From assembly GCA_965208675.1 (NCBI GenBank), contig OZ242351.1, positions 2,496,001 through 2,560,000 of the forward strand: a stretch of DNA of 64,000 nucleotides, written 5' to 3'. This DNA is from Candidatus Poribacteria bacterium. Lineage in GTDB: Bacteria; Poribacteria; WGA-4E; PCPOR2b. The number at the start of each line of letters is the position of its first letter. The first letter of the stretch is position 1. Position numbers and translations under genes: made by a program. Below the pieces are notes generated by a model. That model had not been told where the DNA came from and ran no database searches. It saw only the letters and a list, made by a program, of their open reading frames with translations. This document shows positions 20,294 to 30,156 of this stretch, in pieces.

Positions 20294-22075
20294 ATGACAA
20301 TGAGGAAATGCCATCAACCAGCTAAAACGTGCGATTCAAACCGTTACTTGTTAGCAAGAATTGAAGTGGACACGCGGTATATTTTATTTTTTCTATTATT
20401 ACTACTGATAAATTTCAGTGTTTTTTCCGCAAATGCCCAATGGCAGCGGGAGCAAATTGTGTTTGTGTCACAAGAGGCGGATCTCCGACAAATACGCCTC
20501 ACAAATGGTTTAGGCGGCCAGGTCAAAAAGCTTACATTGCAAGGACGCTGCGCCACGCCATCATTATCGTATGATGGAAAAAGGGTTGCATTTTCTTGGT
20601 CAGCCCATCGCCGGCAAAACTATGAAATTTTTTTGATGGACATTCAGTCAGGTCAGCAACGTAGAGTGACACTTTCACAAAATAGAAATATCCATAGTCT
20701 TTATCCTTCTTGGGCACCTGACGGAAGTAGGATTGTGTTCGCTTCAAATTTTGATGGTGATTACGACCTCTACACCGTCGATGAAAAAGGGAATAATCGC
20801 ACCCCGTTGACGGATAGTGAGGGAGACGATGTTCAACCTGACTGGTCTTCGGACGGGCGTGAAATCGTGTTTGCTTCCGATCAAGCCCAGGGTTTTTTTC
20901 AGATATACCGGGTAGATTTAAAAACAGGACACCAACAGACTCTTGCGAATAACGATTTTCATGCTGCCTACCCGAGATGGTCGCCTGATGGAACTCAGGT
21001 GGCATACCATTCTGCAGTGGTTGATGTGGCGCTAACCGGCGGCCGGCAGATTTGGCAAGTCAGAACTGATGGAACGGACGTGAAACGCCTGATTGTAGAA
21101 GGTGAAAGCAATAGCCCCGCCATTTCTCCCGACGGGAAGCAGATAGCATTTTCATCTAGGAGAGATGATAACTGGGACATTTACGTCTTCGATAGGGATT
21201 CCCTGCAAACTGTCCGCCTAACGCGTGACCCATCTATCGATTCGAGTCCGAGTTGGTCACCTGATGGCAGGCATATTGTTTTTAATTCCAAAAGAACGGG
21301 CAATCCTGACATTCATAAGATGGATGCCGAAGGCGGCGGGATTGTGAATTTGACTCGGAGTGAGACTTCCGAATATGGTGCAGTTTGGTCTCCCGGAGGG
21401 GATAAGATTAGTTTTGCGCGAGTTGTAGACGGAAGGTGGGAGATTCATGTAATGGACAGCGGCGGGAACCGCCAAATGCGGCTGGATAATGGTCCTGTTT
21501 ACAACGGCTATCCGTCATGGTCGCCGCAAGGAGATAAGATTGCCTTTGTGAATTCGCCCGAAGAGGATTCAAAGGTTGGGCGTATTTATACAATTGATCC
21601 GGATGGGCAGAATAAGCAATTATTATATGAAACATTAAGCGTGAGAATAAGTAGACCTAGTTGGTCTCCAAATGGCAGAAAAATGCTGTTTGTCAATCTA
21701 GACAAATTGGACTTAGGGATCACAGAAATCCGCATACTTGATGTAATGACAGGAAAGGTGGTCAACTCAATTCGTTTGAAGGACGTTCCGATTGACAACG
21801 CAGTTTGGGGACCTAATGGTAGGACCATTATCTTTTCAGCGCTTTCAACAGACGTGCGGCGTGTCCTCCGGTACGGTGTTTTCTTAGTGGACGCCGACGG
21901 CAATAATCAAGAACCGCTTTGGCATACTTTAATTGCCCACGACCTTTATTACGGAGGAGGCGTCAACCTATTTCTCAGAAATGCGCATTCGCCGGATTGG
22001 AAAACGCCTCGTATCTGGCAGAACGTAACCCCAAAAAACAAGCTGCAGACGACGTGGGGAGAGGTCAAAAACTAG
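20294..22075 (+). CDS. TolB-like PD40-repeat beta-propeller protein, copy 2 (29-codon in-frame deletion)
   Basis: Close tandem paralogue of 18319-20178, including the upstream GCATGAGGAGG; C-terminal KLQTTWGEVKN. Confidence 0.88.
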   Translation: MTMRKCHQPAKTCDSNRYLLARIEVDTRYILFFLLLLLINFSVFSANAQWQREQIVFVSQEADLRQIRLTNGLGGQVKKLTLQGRCATPSLSYDGKRVAFSWSAHRRQNYEIFLMDIQSGQQRRVTLSQNRNIHSLYPSWAPDGSRIVFASNFDGDYDLYTVDEKGNNRTPLTDSEGDDVQPDWSSDGREIVFASDQAQGFFQIYRVDLKTGHQQTLANNDFHAAYPRWSPDGTQVAYHSAVVDVALTGGRQIWQVRTDGTDVKRLIVEGESNSPAISPDGKQIAFSSRRDDNWDIYVFDRDSLQTVRLTRDPSIDSSPSWSPDGRHIVFNSKRTGNPDIHKMDAEGGGIVNLTRSETSEYGAVWSPGGDKISFARVVDGRWEIHVMDSGGNRQMRLDNGPVYNGYPSWSPQGDKIAFVNSPEEDSKVGRIYTIDPDGQNKQLLYETLSVRISRPSWSPNGRKMLFVNLDKLDLGITEIRILDVMTGKVVNSIRLKDVPIDNAVWGPNGRTIIFSALSTDVRRVLRYGVFLVDADGNNQEPLWHTLIAHDLYYGGGVNLFLRNAHSPDWKTPRIWQNVTPKNKLQTTWGEVKN

Positions 22076-22469
22076 TCCGTAGATTGACAGATACCCCACT
22101 TATACAGCCAGTTTTTCCTCTCTGAGCTGGCGGACTCCTAATTACCTACTTTGTACCGCGTCGGTTCTCATTGCTTTTTGTTTCAGATTGCCAATGCGAT
22201 CGCGTTTGATATACCGCTACAATTCCGATCGCTGTTCCTTCCGAAGATTACCCTAGAATAGTTTGCATCTCGCACTATCCCCCTGGAGTTCAACTTCGCT
22301 GATTGCGCAGATGTAAAATTAGTGCGTTCTCGGCACTCTCGCCTAAACACCAACATGTGAATATATCCATTCACAGAATTACTTACCCATAGTTTAGACG
22401 GTACGTCAGTCAAATTAACGAAATTGTAAAGGAATCTGCATAATAATGCAGGTATTTTAGCAATTTCAC

Positions 22470-22509
22470 TTGACATGCCGTATTAACGAATACTACAATT
22501 CTAGCATTA
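22470..22509 (+). promoter_or_regulatory. Promoter of the blaI-M56 locus with a BlaI-like operator
   Basis: TTGACA-N18-TACAAT overlapped by CTACAATTCTAG, one mismatch from the TACA-NN-TGTA BlaI/CopY box. Confidence 0.45.
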
Positions 22510-22554
22510 ATGATTATTGGATGTCGAATTCAATGTACCTTTAGGGAAGGAAAT

Positions 22555-22956
22555 ATGTCTATCAACAAACCACCTCGTGACCTAAGTCGCCGCGAACGAC
22601 AGATTATGAACATCGTCTACCGCAGAGGCCGGGCTTCGGTCGCAGAAGTATTGGATGAATTGGAAGTCTCTCCATCCTATTCAGCCGTCCGGGCGATGAT
22701 GCGAATTCTAGAAGAGAAGAGCCATCTTCGGCATGATAAAGAGGGAGCGCGATTCATCTACACGCCGGTTTACCCGCGTCAGGATGCCGGAGAATCGGCT
22801 CTTAAACAAGTGTTTCAGACTTTTTTCGATAATTCGGTTGAGAAAACCATCGCCGCACTGTTGAATGTCTCTGATACTGCATTGTCCGACGAGGAATCCA
22901 ATCGTTTGGCGGCACTCATCGAACAAACCAAGTCAGAACAAGACGAAAATCCATGA
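22555..22956 (+). CDS. BlaI/MecI/CopY family repressor
   Basis: LSRRERQIMNIVY...SYSAVRAMMRILEEK...FFDNS; directly upstream of an M56 peptidase. Confidence 0.92.
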   Translation: MSINKPPRDLSRRERQIMNIVYRRGRASVAEVLDELEVSPSYSAVRAMMRILEEKSHLRHDKEGARFIYTPVYPRQDAGESALKQVFQTFFDNSVEKTIAALLNVSDTALSDEESNRLAALIEQTKSEQDENP

Positions 22957-23017
22957 TGGTACTGTACGTTGATCGAATTAATTCCGCCGTAACATACCAT
23001 TACAAGGAGTAAACCCC

Positions 23018-24187
23018 ATGATGTCCCTAATTTCGCTCTTCGAGGTTTCCGAACATTCGAGTCGTTGGCTAGCGGTGTTTTTGGCGGCGTCCGTAAAGGG
23101 ATTTATTGTGCTTGCAATGGCTGCCGGGTTGAATCTTGTGTTGCGGCGCAGTTCTTCGGCGATCCGCCACCTGATATGGTTACTGGCAATTTCCAGTTGC
23201 CTCTGCCTACCCGTCATTTCTGTGATTTTGCCAAGCTGGCGGTTGCCAGTTGTCCCACAGATGCACACTTGGACCGACGCAACGCCCGGTTTGGAAAGGA
23301 ATCTGGACGATGCAAAATTTCCATCCGTAGATAGCCGGTCCGTCACGCCGGGCGCAGCGATTTCTCAAAACGATTCCAACCCCGAAACAGCAAGATTGCC
23401 TAGCACGGTTCGAGAAACATCCGAAAATTTCACACTGCAGAAGCCGGGATGGTGGACAATGCCAGCCCTTTGGACCTTTATCGGGATTGCTTGGTGCATC
23501 GGTATGTTGATTGTCCTCGTTCCACTGTTGACAGGGTTGGCAGGCATTTGGAAAATTGCACAGCGAAGTCAACGTGTAACCGATGGCCACTTGGCAGCGT
23601 TGATGCGTGAACTCCGGCAAAAAATCGGCTTGAAGCGCAGTGTTTCGCTCTTACGGAGCGAGGTGAAGATGCCGATGACTTGGGGCATCATTCGTCCCCA
23701 AGTGCTGATTCCCGCTGATGCGCAAAACTGGCCGATAAACCGTCAGCGCGCCGTGTTGCTGCACGAACTCGCACACGTCCAACGGTGGGATTGGGTAACG
23801 CAAACGCTTGCCCATATCTCCTGCGCCGTCTATTGGTTTAACCCATTGGTCTGGATGGCTGATCGACGCATGCGCCTAGAACGTGAGCGCGCCTGCGACG
23901 ACCATGTCTTGATCGGCGGCTTCCGCGCGGCAGACTATGCCGAGCACTTGCTAGAAATTGCCCGGGAAACGTTGCCGCGTGCATTTACTGCACGCGCTGC
24001 GGTAGCTATGGCGCAGCCCTCGTGGATTGAAAAGCGGCTGCGGGTCATTCTGGCGGCAGACCGCAATCGGCGGCCTGTGACGAGAGCCGCAGTTTCAGTC
24101 GGCGTATTGACCGTCGCCTGTCTCGTCCTTCCGCTCGGAATCATGCATATTGCCGAAGCACTTGACGACGAATATTTACTTCAATAG
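23018..24187 (+). CDS. M56 (BlaR1/MecR1-like) membrane metallopeptidase
   Basis: TM helices, HELAHVQR.D, YWFNPLVW, RERACDD. Ends at a TAG that is in frame with the next ORF. Confidence 0.9.
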   Translation: MMSLISLFEVSEHSSRWLAVFLAASVKGFIVLAMAAGLNLVLRRSSSAIRHLIWLLAISSCLCLPVISVILPSWRLPVVPQMHTWTDATPGLERNLDDAKFPSVDSRSVTPGAAISQNDSNPETARLPSTVRETSENFTLQKPGWWTMPALWTFIGIAWCIGMLIVLVPLLTGLAGIWKIAQRSQRVTDGHLAALMRELRQKIGLKRSVSLLRSEVKMPMTWGIIRPQVLIPADAQNWPINRQRAVLLHELAHVQRWDWVTQTLAHISCAVYWFNPLVWMADRRMRLERERACDDHVLIGGFRAADYAEHLLEIARETLPRAFTARAAVAMAQPSWIEKRLRVILAADRNRRPVTRAAVSVGVLTVACLVLPLGIMHIAEALDDEYLLQ

Positions 24188-24199
24188 ATTAGGGAAGCT

Positions 24200-26713
24200 A
24201 TGCTATGGAGGCCAAGCCGTTCTGAAAGTACGCCAACCGTTGCCGAAAGGGAGGCGATGATGGAACAACTCACGAAACGGCGCGAAAAAGGGTTTGAACT
24301 CAGCGAACGATTTCTGCGCACCTACCCCGAAAGCGATAAGCGCGATGAGGCATGGATGTATAAGATTCAAGGTCTATCGAGGCTCCGAAGGCAAGAGGAA
24401 GCCAAAACTGAAATCGAAATCTTCCTGAAAACTTTTCCCGAATCGAAATACGCCTTTGACATACGGTCATTCAAGATCGGTTATTTTGAACAGGAGGGGA
24501 AATACAAGGAGGCGATCGCCGAACTAGACACAATTGATGACTCGGCAGCTCTGCCGCAAGTGTATGAAGAGAAGGCAAGGCTTTACTCAATGATGAACGA
24601 ATGGGAGAAGGCTGCCGAAAACCGCCTCTTCGCCGCAGAATTAACATTGGGCATACCCGCGCCTGATTTCAACCTGAAGGACATCAATGGCGAAACCGTC
24701 TCACTCAAGGACTACCGCGGCAAGGTCGTCTTGCTGGACTTCTGGGCAACGTGGTGCGGACCGTGCATCGGGGAGCTTCCGAAGCTGAAAGCGCTTTATG
24801 AAAGGCACAAGGACAACCCCGATTTCGTACTAATCAGTATCAGTTCGGATGTCAATGACGAAACTGTGGCAAAGTTCGTCGCAAATAATGAAATGCCGTG
24901 GATTCACATTCGCGAGATCGAGGAGATACAAGAAAATTTCAATGTGAGAGGCATTCCACACTACACAGTGATTGACAAGAGTGGGATGGTACGCGAAAAC
25001 GACCTGCGCGGCGGCATCGAGATTAACGCGGTCGTTTCCTCACTGCTTGCCGAATCACCGGACGCACTGAATCAGACGAACAACGCCAAAATACACAAGT
25101 TGCGGGGGGACGTACACCTAAGACGCGGAAAAAAGGAGAATGCGATTGCGGAATATGAGCAAGCCTTTGGGATTCAATCGAATGATATTGAACTCATCAT
25201 GACGCTCATAAATCTGTACAGAGAGGACCAAAGCGAAAAAGCGTTAACACTTTACGACCGGGCTTTGGCGCAACTCGTTGAGGCAAACCAGTCCAAAACG
25301 GAAGCGGAATTCCGATTAGCCGATGCTGCCTTTGACCTTTCCGGATTCTATGGCGAACAAGGCGACGCCGAAAAATGCTGGCAGGCTTTTGAGATAGCAA
25401 TGGAAAATGACACGAGTGGACGGTTAGCGAAGCAGGCAAAGCGAATGCCGGGGGCGTTCTCCGCAATCAACGACAGATCAGCGTTCAAAGCGTTGACGGA
25501 AGCCGCTCCTGAGACGAAAGCTGATAGACGGCACGATGAGATGAATCGCAAGAGGTCCGCATTTCGTAATGAGCGAATGGAATCCCGGAAATCCTGTGTA
25601 CTTATCGAAGCTGACGGGGTTACATTCATGGGCGTAATACTAAATTCAACGGGGTTGCTACTTGTTCCCGACATTGTCGCCGATGCCACATCCATCCGGG
25701 CGAAAGTTACTGATTATTTTGCCGCGCAGGTTATCGCTAGAGATTCAAAGGCGAGACTAGCTGTTCTAAAAGTCGAAGGCGTGAAGTACCTGCGGCCTGT
25801 CGAGATGGGAACAGTTGATGATTTGAAGGAATACGCGCCGTTTGGCTACACAACCGCGGACGGCCGCCCGTGGAGAACGTACCCTACAATCGCGCAGATT
25901 ACCGCCCGCGATCAATGGCGACAAAGCCACGGTGCGCAAATTACCGTAAACGGCGGTGTAAGCGTCCACACGCTCGAAGTTGACGGGGCAGGAAACATCA
26001 CCTCCTTGCAAATCGGCGGGTTAGGCACATCGGCGCTGAGCGATGCGTATGTTGACTACGACGGCAGCTTGCTTGGGTTTTGTGTTGATGATGAGGTCGT
26101 CTACAAACCGCTAGCAAATAACTTTCCCGGCCCGAAACATAACGTCCTGACAATCGATCAGATTCAAGCCAGCCTCGCAAGGATGGGTGTGGCAAATCTG
26201 ATTGGAATCGAGCGGGTACCAATGCCCGACATACCGTTCTTTTACTTTGTGGAGGCAGAGCACTTTACTCGGCTTGACGGCGAAAAACGGTGGGACGTAT
26301 TCGTCAAGCGTAACGATGAATCCGCGTCAGGCGGAGAATATCTTGTTGCGCGGCACGGTGATAAGCAGTCAACGTGGCTGGTATACAAGGTTGACATTAC
26401 TGACGATGGCGACTACGCGATTTGGCTGCGAACACTCTCTCACGACGGAAAAAGCGACTCTTTCTTCGTGGCAACCGATGTTGAACCGAATCTTCTCGCC
26501 TGCGACGCCACAAATTACGGGCAGTGGGGGTGGGTGCCGGCGATAGACCGCAATTCGATTCGAATGGTCAGCGCACTATACCTCACCAAAGGAAAACACG
26601 AAATCCGCATCTACGTGCGCGAGGCGAGGACCCAGTTGGATGCTATCTATCTGACTAACAACCTCCGCTTGACCGCTAGCGAGGTCGATGAACAGTTCAA
26701 TGATTCAGAGTGA
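24200..26713 (+). CDS. TPR + TlpA-like redoxin + trypsin-like + carbohydrate-binding-like multidomain protein (probable C-terminal part of the M56 gene)
   Basis: APDFNLKD...DFWATWCGPC thioredoxin fold, TPR helices, C-terminal EAE...beta-sandwich; same frame as 23018-24187. Confidence 0.75.
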   Translation: MLWRPSRSESTPTVAEREAMMEQLTKRREKGFELSERFLRTYPESDKRDEAWMYKIQGLSRLRRQEEAKTEIEIFLKTFPESKYAFDIRSFKIGYFEQEGKYKEAIAELDTIDDSAALPQVYEEKARLYSMMNEWEKAAENRLFAAELTLGIPAPDFNLKDINGETVSLKDYRGKVVLLDFWATWCGPCIGELPKLKALYERHKDNPDFVLISISSDVNDETVAKFVANNEMPWIHIREIEEIQENFNVRGIPHYTVIDKSGMVRENDLRGGIEINAVVSSLLAESPDALNQTNNAKIHKLRGDVHLRRGKKENAIAEYEQAFGIQSNDIELIMTLINLYREDQSEKALTLYDRALAQLVEANQSKTEAEFRLADAAFDLSGFYGEQGDAEKCWQAFEIAMENDTSGRLAKQAKRMPGAFSAINDRSAFKALTEAAPETKADRRHDEMNRKRSAFRNERMESRKSCVLIEADGVTFMGVILNSTGLLLVPDIVADATSIRAKVTDYFAAQVIARDSKARLAVLKVEGVKYLRPVEMGTVDDLKEYAPFGYTTADGRPWRTYPTIAQITARDQWRQSHGAQITVNGGVSVHTLEVDGAGNITSLQIGGLGTSALSDAYVDYDGSLLGFCVDDEVVYKPLANNFPGPKHNVLTIDQIQASLARMGVANLIGIERVPMPDIPFFYFVEAEHFTRLDGEKRWDVFVKRNDESASGGEYLVARHGDKQSTWLVYKVDITDDGDYAIWLRTLSHDGKSDSFFVATDVEPNLLACDATNYGQWGWVPAIDRNSIRMVSALYLTKGKHEIRIYVREARTQLDAIYLTNNLRLTASEVDEQFNDSE

Positions 26714-26879
26714 ACTCAAGCAATTACTTAAAATTGCTCGTTGATAAGGTTAATCGTTTAACACCCGGTTTAAAATCCGACGCGATTTTTTTCGTAAGCA
26801 TAAAAAAGGCAGGGCGCATGTTTTTCTGCCCCCTGCCTGCTTTATCTTCCGCGCTCAGTTGCTTGTTGCGCCTGCGCAA

Positions 26880-27761
26880 CTACGCCATCCCAATAATCTC
26901 TCTCGCTTCATCAGGCGACGCGATTTCTCTGCCAATTTCACGCGCCATGCGGACGGCTTTCTCCACGAGATGTGCGTTCGATTTTGCATATGTACCGTCT
27001 TCCAAATAGGGGCAGTCTTCCATGCCGACACGGACATTCCCTCCGAGAATGATAGCCTGATTGACGATTTGCCAGTAGACCGGCGGATCCATGCAACTCA
27101 TGTTCCAATTCACCCGAGGCGGCAGATTGTTGACGAGGTACAGCATGGCTTCAGCCTTCGGCGGTGTCCACGAACCGCCGGGCCAACTGATGAACAGCGT
27201 CACCCAGAGCGGATCCGGCAGCAGCCCCTCATCTTCGCGCAGTTTTTGAATGTTCCAGAATGCGCCCGTATGGAACGCCTCAATCTCCAGCTTGACACTG
27301 TGCTCGTTTGCCAGCCGGGCGTACTCTTTGAGTTCCGAGACTGGGTGAACCGCATAAATTTCATTCGGGGGGTAGGCTGGATTAGGATGAAAATACTCGT
27401 CGTGCGAGTTAAATGCAATGGCGCTCATGTCAGCGTTGATTGTATCCCACAGCTCTACCTTGTGCTCCAAACGCATGCTGGCTAACCCAAGCTGAACAAT
27501 CGGGTTGCCGCCGCCAGCCCGCATTCCGTCCACAATCTCGACCCACCCTTCAATGATGGGCAGTTGCAGCTTTCTGCCATCCGGCTGAATCTCCGGGTCG
27601 GTGGTATATGATCCGTGTGTGTGAGCGATAGCGGCGCCGGCACTGATGGATCGCACATACTCCGCAGCAACGGCTTTGGTATCGCTCGGTTTTGGACCGT
27701 AGGGATTGCCGGGATACGAGAGATCCGAGTCGCAGGTGACAGTGATGATAAGTTTTTCCAA
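26880..27761 (-). CDS. BKACE (3-keto-5-aminohexanoate cleavage, DUF849) family enzyme
   Basis: KLIITV, AGAAIAHTH, GGNVRVGMED, ASPDEAREI. Confidence 0.9.
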   Translation of the reverse strand: MEKLIITVTCDSDLSYPGNPYGPKPSDTKAVAAEYVRSISAGAAIAHTHGSYTTDPEIQPDGRKLQLPIIEGWVEIVDGMRAGGGNPIVQLGLASMRLEHKVELWDTINADMSAIAFNSHDEYFHPNPAYPPNEIYAVHPVSELKEYARLANEHSVKLEIEAFHTGAFWNIQKLREDEGLLPDPLWVTLFISWPGGSWTPPKAEAMLYLVNNLPPRVNWNMSCMDPPVYWQIVNQAIILGGNVRVGMEDCPYLEDGTYAKSNAHLVEKAVRMAREIGREIASPDEAREIIGMA

Positions 27762-28107
27762 TTTGCTATTCCTTTCTGGTAATGAATATTTACAACGACT
27801 TCTTCTTTAGTTAAGCAGAATGAGGATGGCGCAAGTTCAATAAGAGTTGAGTATCAGACCGTGAGGAAGACAAATTGCACCATTCTCGTTTTCATTATAC
27901 CACATTCACGCCTAATCTTCCACATTGTGTACAGTAGCGCTTTAGTTTTCGGGCTAGCGGCGAACACGGCATCATCGCCTAAACCAACCTGCCGCTCAAT
28001 TTTGTTTGACTTTTCAAGGAATCGTGCTATACTTTGCGGCAAGATTAGCGTGGTCAAGGCTGTTTGTCGAAATCCTAAATGGAGCACTGATTATAGAGAG
28101 AAATACG

Positions 28108-28818
28108 ATGGAAATCAACGAGGTTAAAAACCGGTTGGCGGACGAAGGATACTGTATCTTGGAAAACCTGATATCGCCCGAAGAGGCTGAGCAGTTGGAT
28201 AGTCTAGTACGCCCAATGATGGATCCGATGGGAAACGACTACATCAGTCTGGAGGGTTCGCTCAATCATTTTCCGGAACTCGCGCAGCTATGCATTCATC
28301 CCTTAATTCTCGACATCGCCGAATCGGTACTTGGGGAAGGCTTTATAATCGCAAATAACGTCGCAATGAAATGGTGTAAGCCCGGAACTCCGCAACACGG
28401 ACTACACGCCGACTGGCCGACAAGCGGCGCCTTGCGCGCTGGACCTGGTTCTCCAATTCCGCCCTGGAACGGGCTTCAGGTCTTTTGGATGCTCACAGAC
28501 GGCACCCCGGAAAACGGCGCAACACGGATAGTGCCTTTCAGTCACCATACGCAGCGCGCACCGAGCCGAGAGAGTTATCCGCAGGAAATCCCGGTGACCG
28601 GCAAAAAAGGGTCGGCGTTTGTTTACCACAACGGACTCTGGCATCGGACTGGCGCAAACACGACCACCGACCAGCACCGCATGTTCGCAAACATATATTA
28701 CATGCCCATGTCGGTACACCGCCCGGCTGCGACGTGGCCCCTAGTCAAGCGTGAAATTTATGAAACCTTCCCGCCGCGCTTGCAGGAATTGTTGGTGCAC
28801 TCAGTCGAAGCAGTGTGA
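28108..28818 (+). CDS. Phytanoyl-CoA dioxygenase (PhyH) family 2OG/Fe(II) oxygenase
   Basis: HAD iron motif, ENGATRIVPFSH, LWHRTGAN...R. Confidence 0.9.
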   Translation: MEINEVKNRLADEGYCILENLISPEEAEQLDSLVRPMMDPMGNDYISLEGSLNHFPELAQLCIHPLILDIAESVLGEGFIIANNVAMKWCKPGTPQHGLHADWPTSGALRAGPGSPIPPWNGLQVFWMLTDGTPENGATRIVPFSHHTQRAPSRESYPQEIPVTGKKGSAFVYHNGLWHRTGANTTTDQHRMFANIYYMPMSVHRPAATWPLVKREIYETFPPRLQELLVHSVEAV

Positions 28819-29119
28819 CCCCCTAAGTAAGTCGGGGTGGTCTCCTACGACAATTGCGAAGCAACCGTGAAGCCCCGCATTTTGCCGTCTACAAAAACCT
28901 CTCCATTTTTAATACCATTCCAGACATTCCCCAATGGGAAACACACACCTTTCGTTTGTAAGATTGTCCGACTGTTCGAGTTTACACCGAACAAACTGAG
29001 GGACACAATCTTTAGGAGATTAGGGAAAAATTAGTTTTATTTCAATCCGTGTTTAACACGCGGTTTCGGTGAAATTAACAAAGCCGTGATTGTTGCCGCC
29101 TTGCAATGGAGCGATTCTC

Positions 29120-30088
29120 GTGGAATATGTAAATTTCGGGAAAGCCGGAGTGAAAGTCAGTCCATTGGCGCTCGGCCTCGGATTCAGGAGGCAATCCGAT
29201 CCAATCGCTGCCGAAAGGGTCGTTGAACATGCCATCAATTTAGGCATCAACTTCATTGACTGCGCGAACGTTTATAGCGTAGGAACCAATCAGGACGGCA
29301 TAGTCTACGCAGAAACTGTGCTGGGTAAAGCCCTTCGGGGAAAACGGGACGATGTCGTAATAACCACAAAGGCAGCCAGTTCAGTTGGGGCGGGACCGAA
29401 TGATGCGGGGTCGTCAAGGTACCATATCATGCGTGAGGTTGACCGGTCGCTCAAGCGTCTGAACACCGATCACATAGACGTCTACTTGGTTCACGTATTT
29501 GATGAATCGACGCGGCTTGAGGAAACCATTCGCGCATTGGACGATTTAGTTCGCGCCGGCAAGGTCCGCTACATCGGCTGCTGCAATTACGAGGACTCGT
29601 GGCGCATCTGCAAGGCGTTATGGATTGCGGATACAATCAATGCCACGCCGTATATGTGTATCCAGAATCAATATAGCCTGCTGAATCGCAGCCTTGAGCG
29701 CGAAATTTTCGGGCTAGTGCGTGAGGAGGAGTTGGGTGTTATGGTGTACAGTCCGTTGGGAGTAGGGCTTCTCAGCGGTGTAAATTCGCCAGAACCGTAT
29801 CCGCCTGAAGCGCTGTGGGCGAACCGCAATCCGCGATTGGAACACGGCAGGTCAATTCAAGAAGCAGTAAATTCCGTTATTTCCTCCGTAAAACAACTCG
29901 CCGGAGAGCTGGGCAAGACACCGGCGCAGTTGGGATTGGCATGGGTGCTCTCGCACCCGGAGATTACCGCCGCCATTATCGGCTGCGACACGATGGATCA
30001 GGTTACAGAGAATGTTGGCGCGCTTGGGTGGACGCTCGATGATTCAGTACGCGAAAAACTAGACGAGGTTTCGGCGCCGTTGACGTAA
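29120..30088 (+). CDS. Aldo/keto reductase
   Basis: GINFIDCANVY, SLKRLNTDHIDVY, GKVRYIG, YSPLG.G.LSG; GTG start with GGAG RBS. Confidence 0.92.
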   Translation: MEYVNFGKAGVKVSPLALGLGFRRQSDPIAAERVVEHAINLGINFIDCANVYSVGTNQDGIVYAETVLGKALRGKRDDVVITTKAASSVGAGPNDAGSSRYHIMREVDRSLKRLNTDHIDVYLVHVFDESTRLEETIRALDDLVRAGKVRYIGCCNYEDSWRICKALWIADTINATPYMCIQNQYSLLNRSLEREIFGLVREEELGVMVYSPLGVGLLSGVNSPEPYPPEALWANRNPRLEHGRSIQEAVNSVISSVKQLAGELGKTPAQLGLAWVLSHPEITAAIIGCDTMDQVTENVGALGWTLDDSVREKLDEVSAPLT

Positions 30089-30156
30089 GCCAAACGAATT
30101 CACTTCAGGGAATGCCAACCTGAACAGGAAGAAACTAAAAGCCTTTGGATAACGAG

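Noticed and set aside
18319-22075. TolB pair as a DGR template/variable repeat pair or an assembly duplication
   Set aside because: Differences are spread along the gene, involve all bases and are often synonymous, as expected for ordinary paralogues.
24185-24187. Pyrrolysine or programmed amber read-through
   Set aside because: A single occurrence in a linker, with no pyl genes in the window, and TAG ends other genes normally here. A nonsense mutation or sequencing error is more parsimonious.
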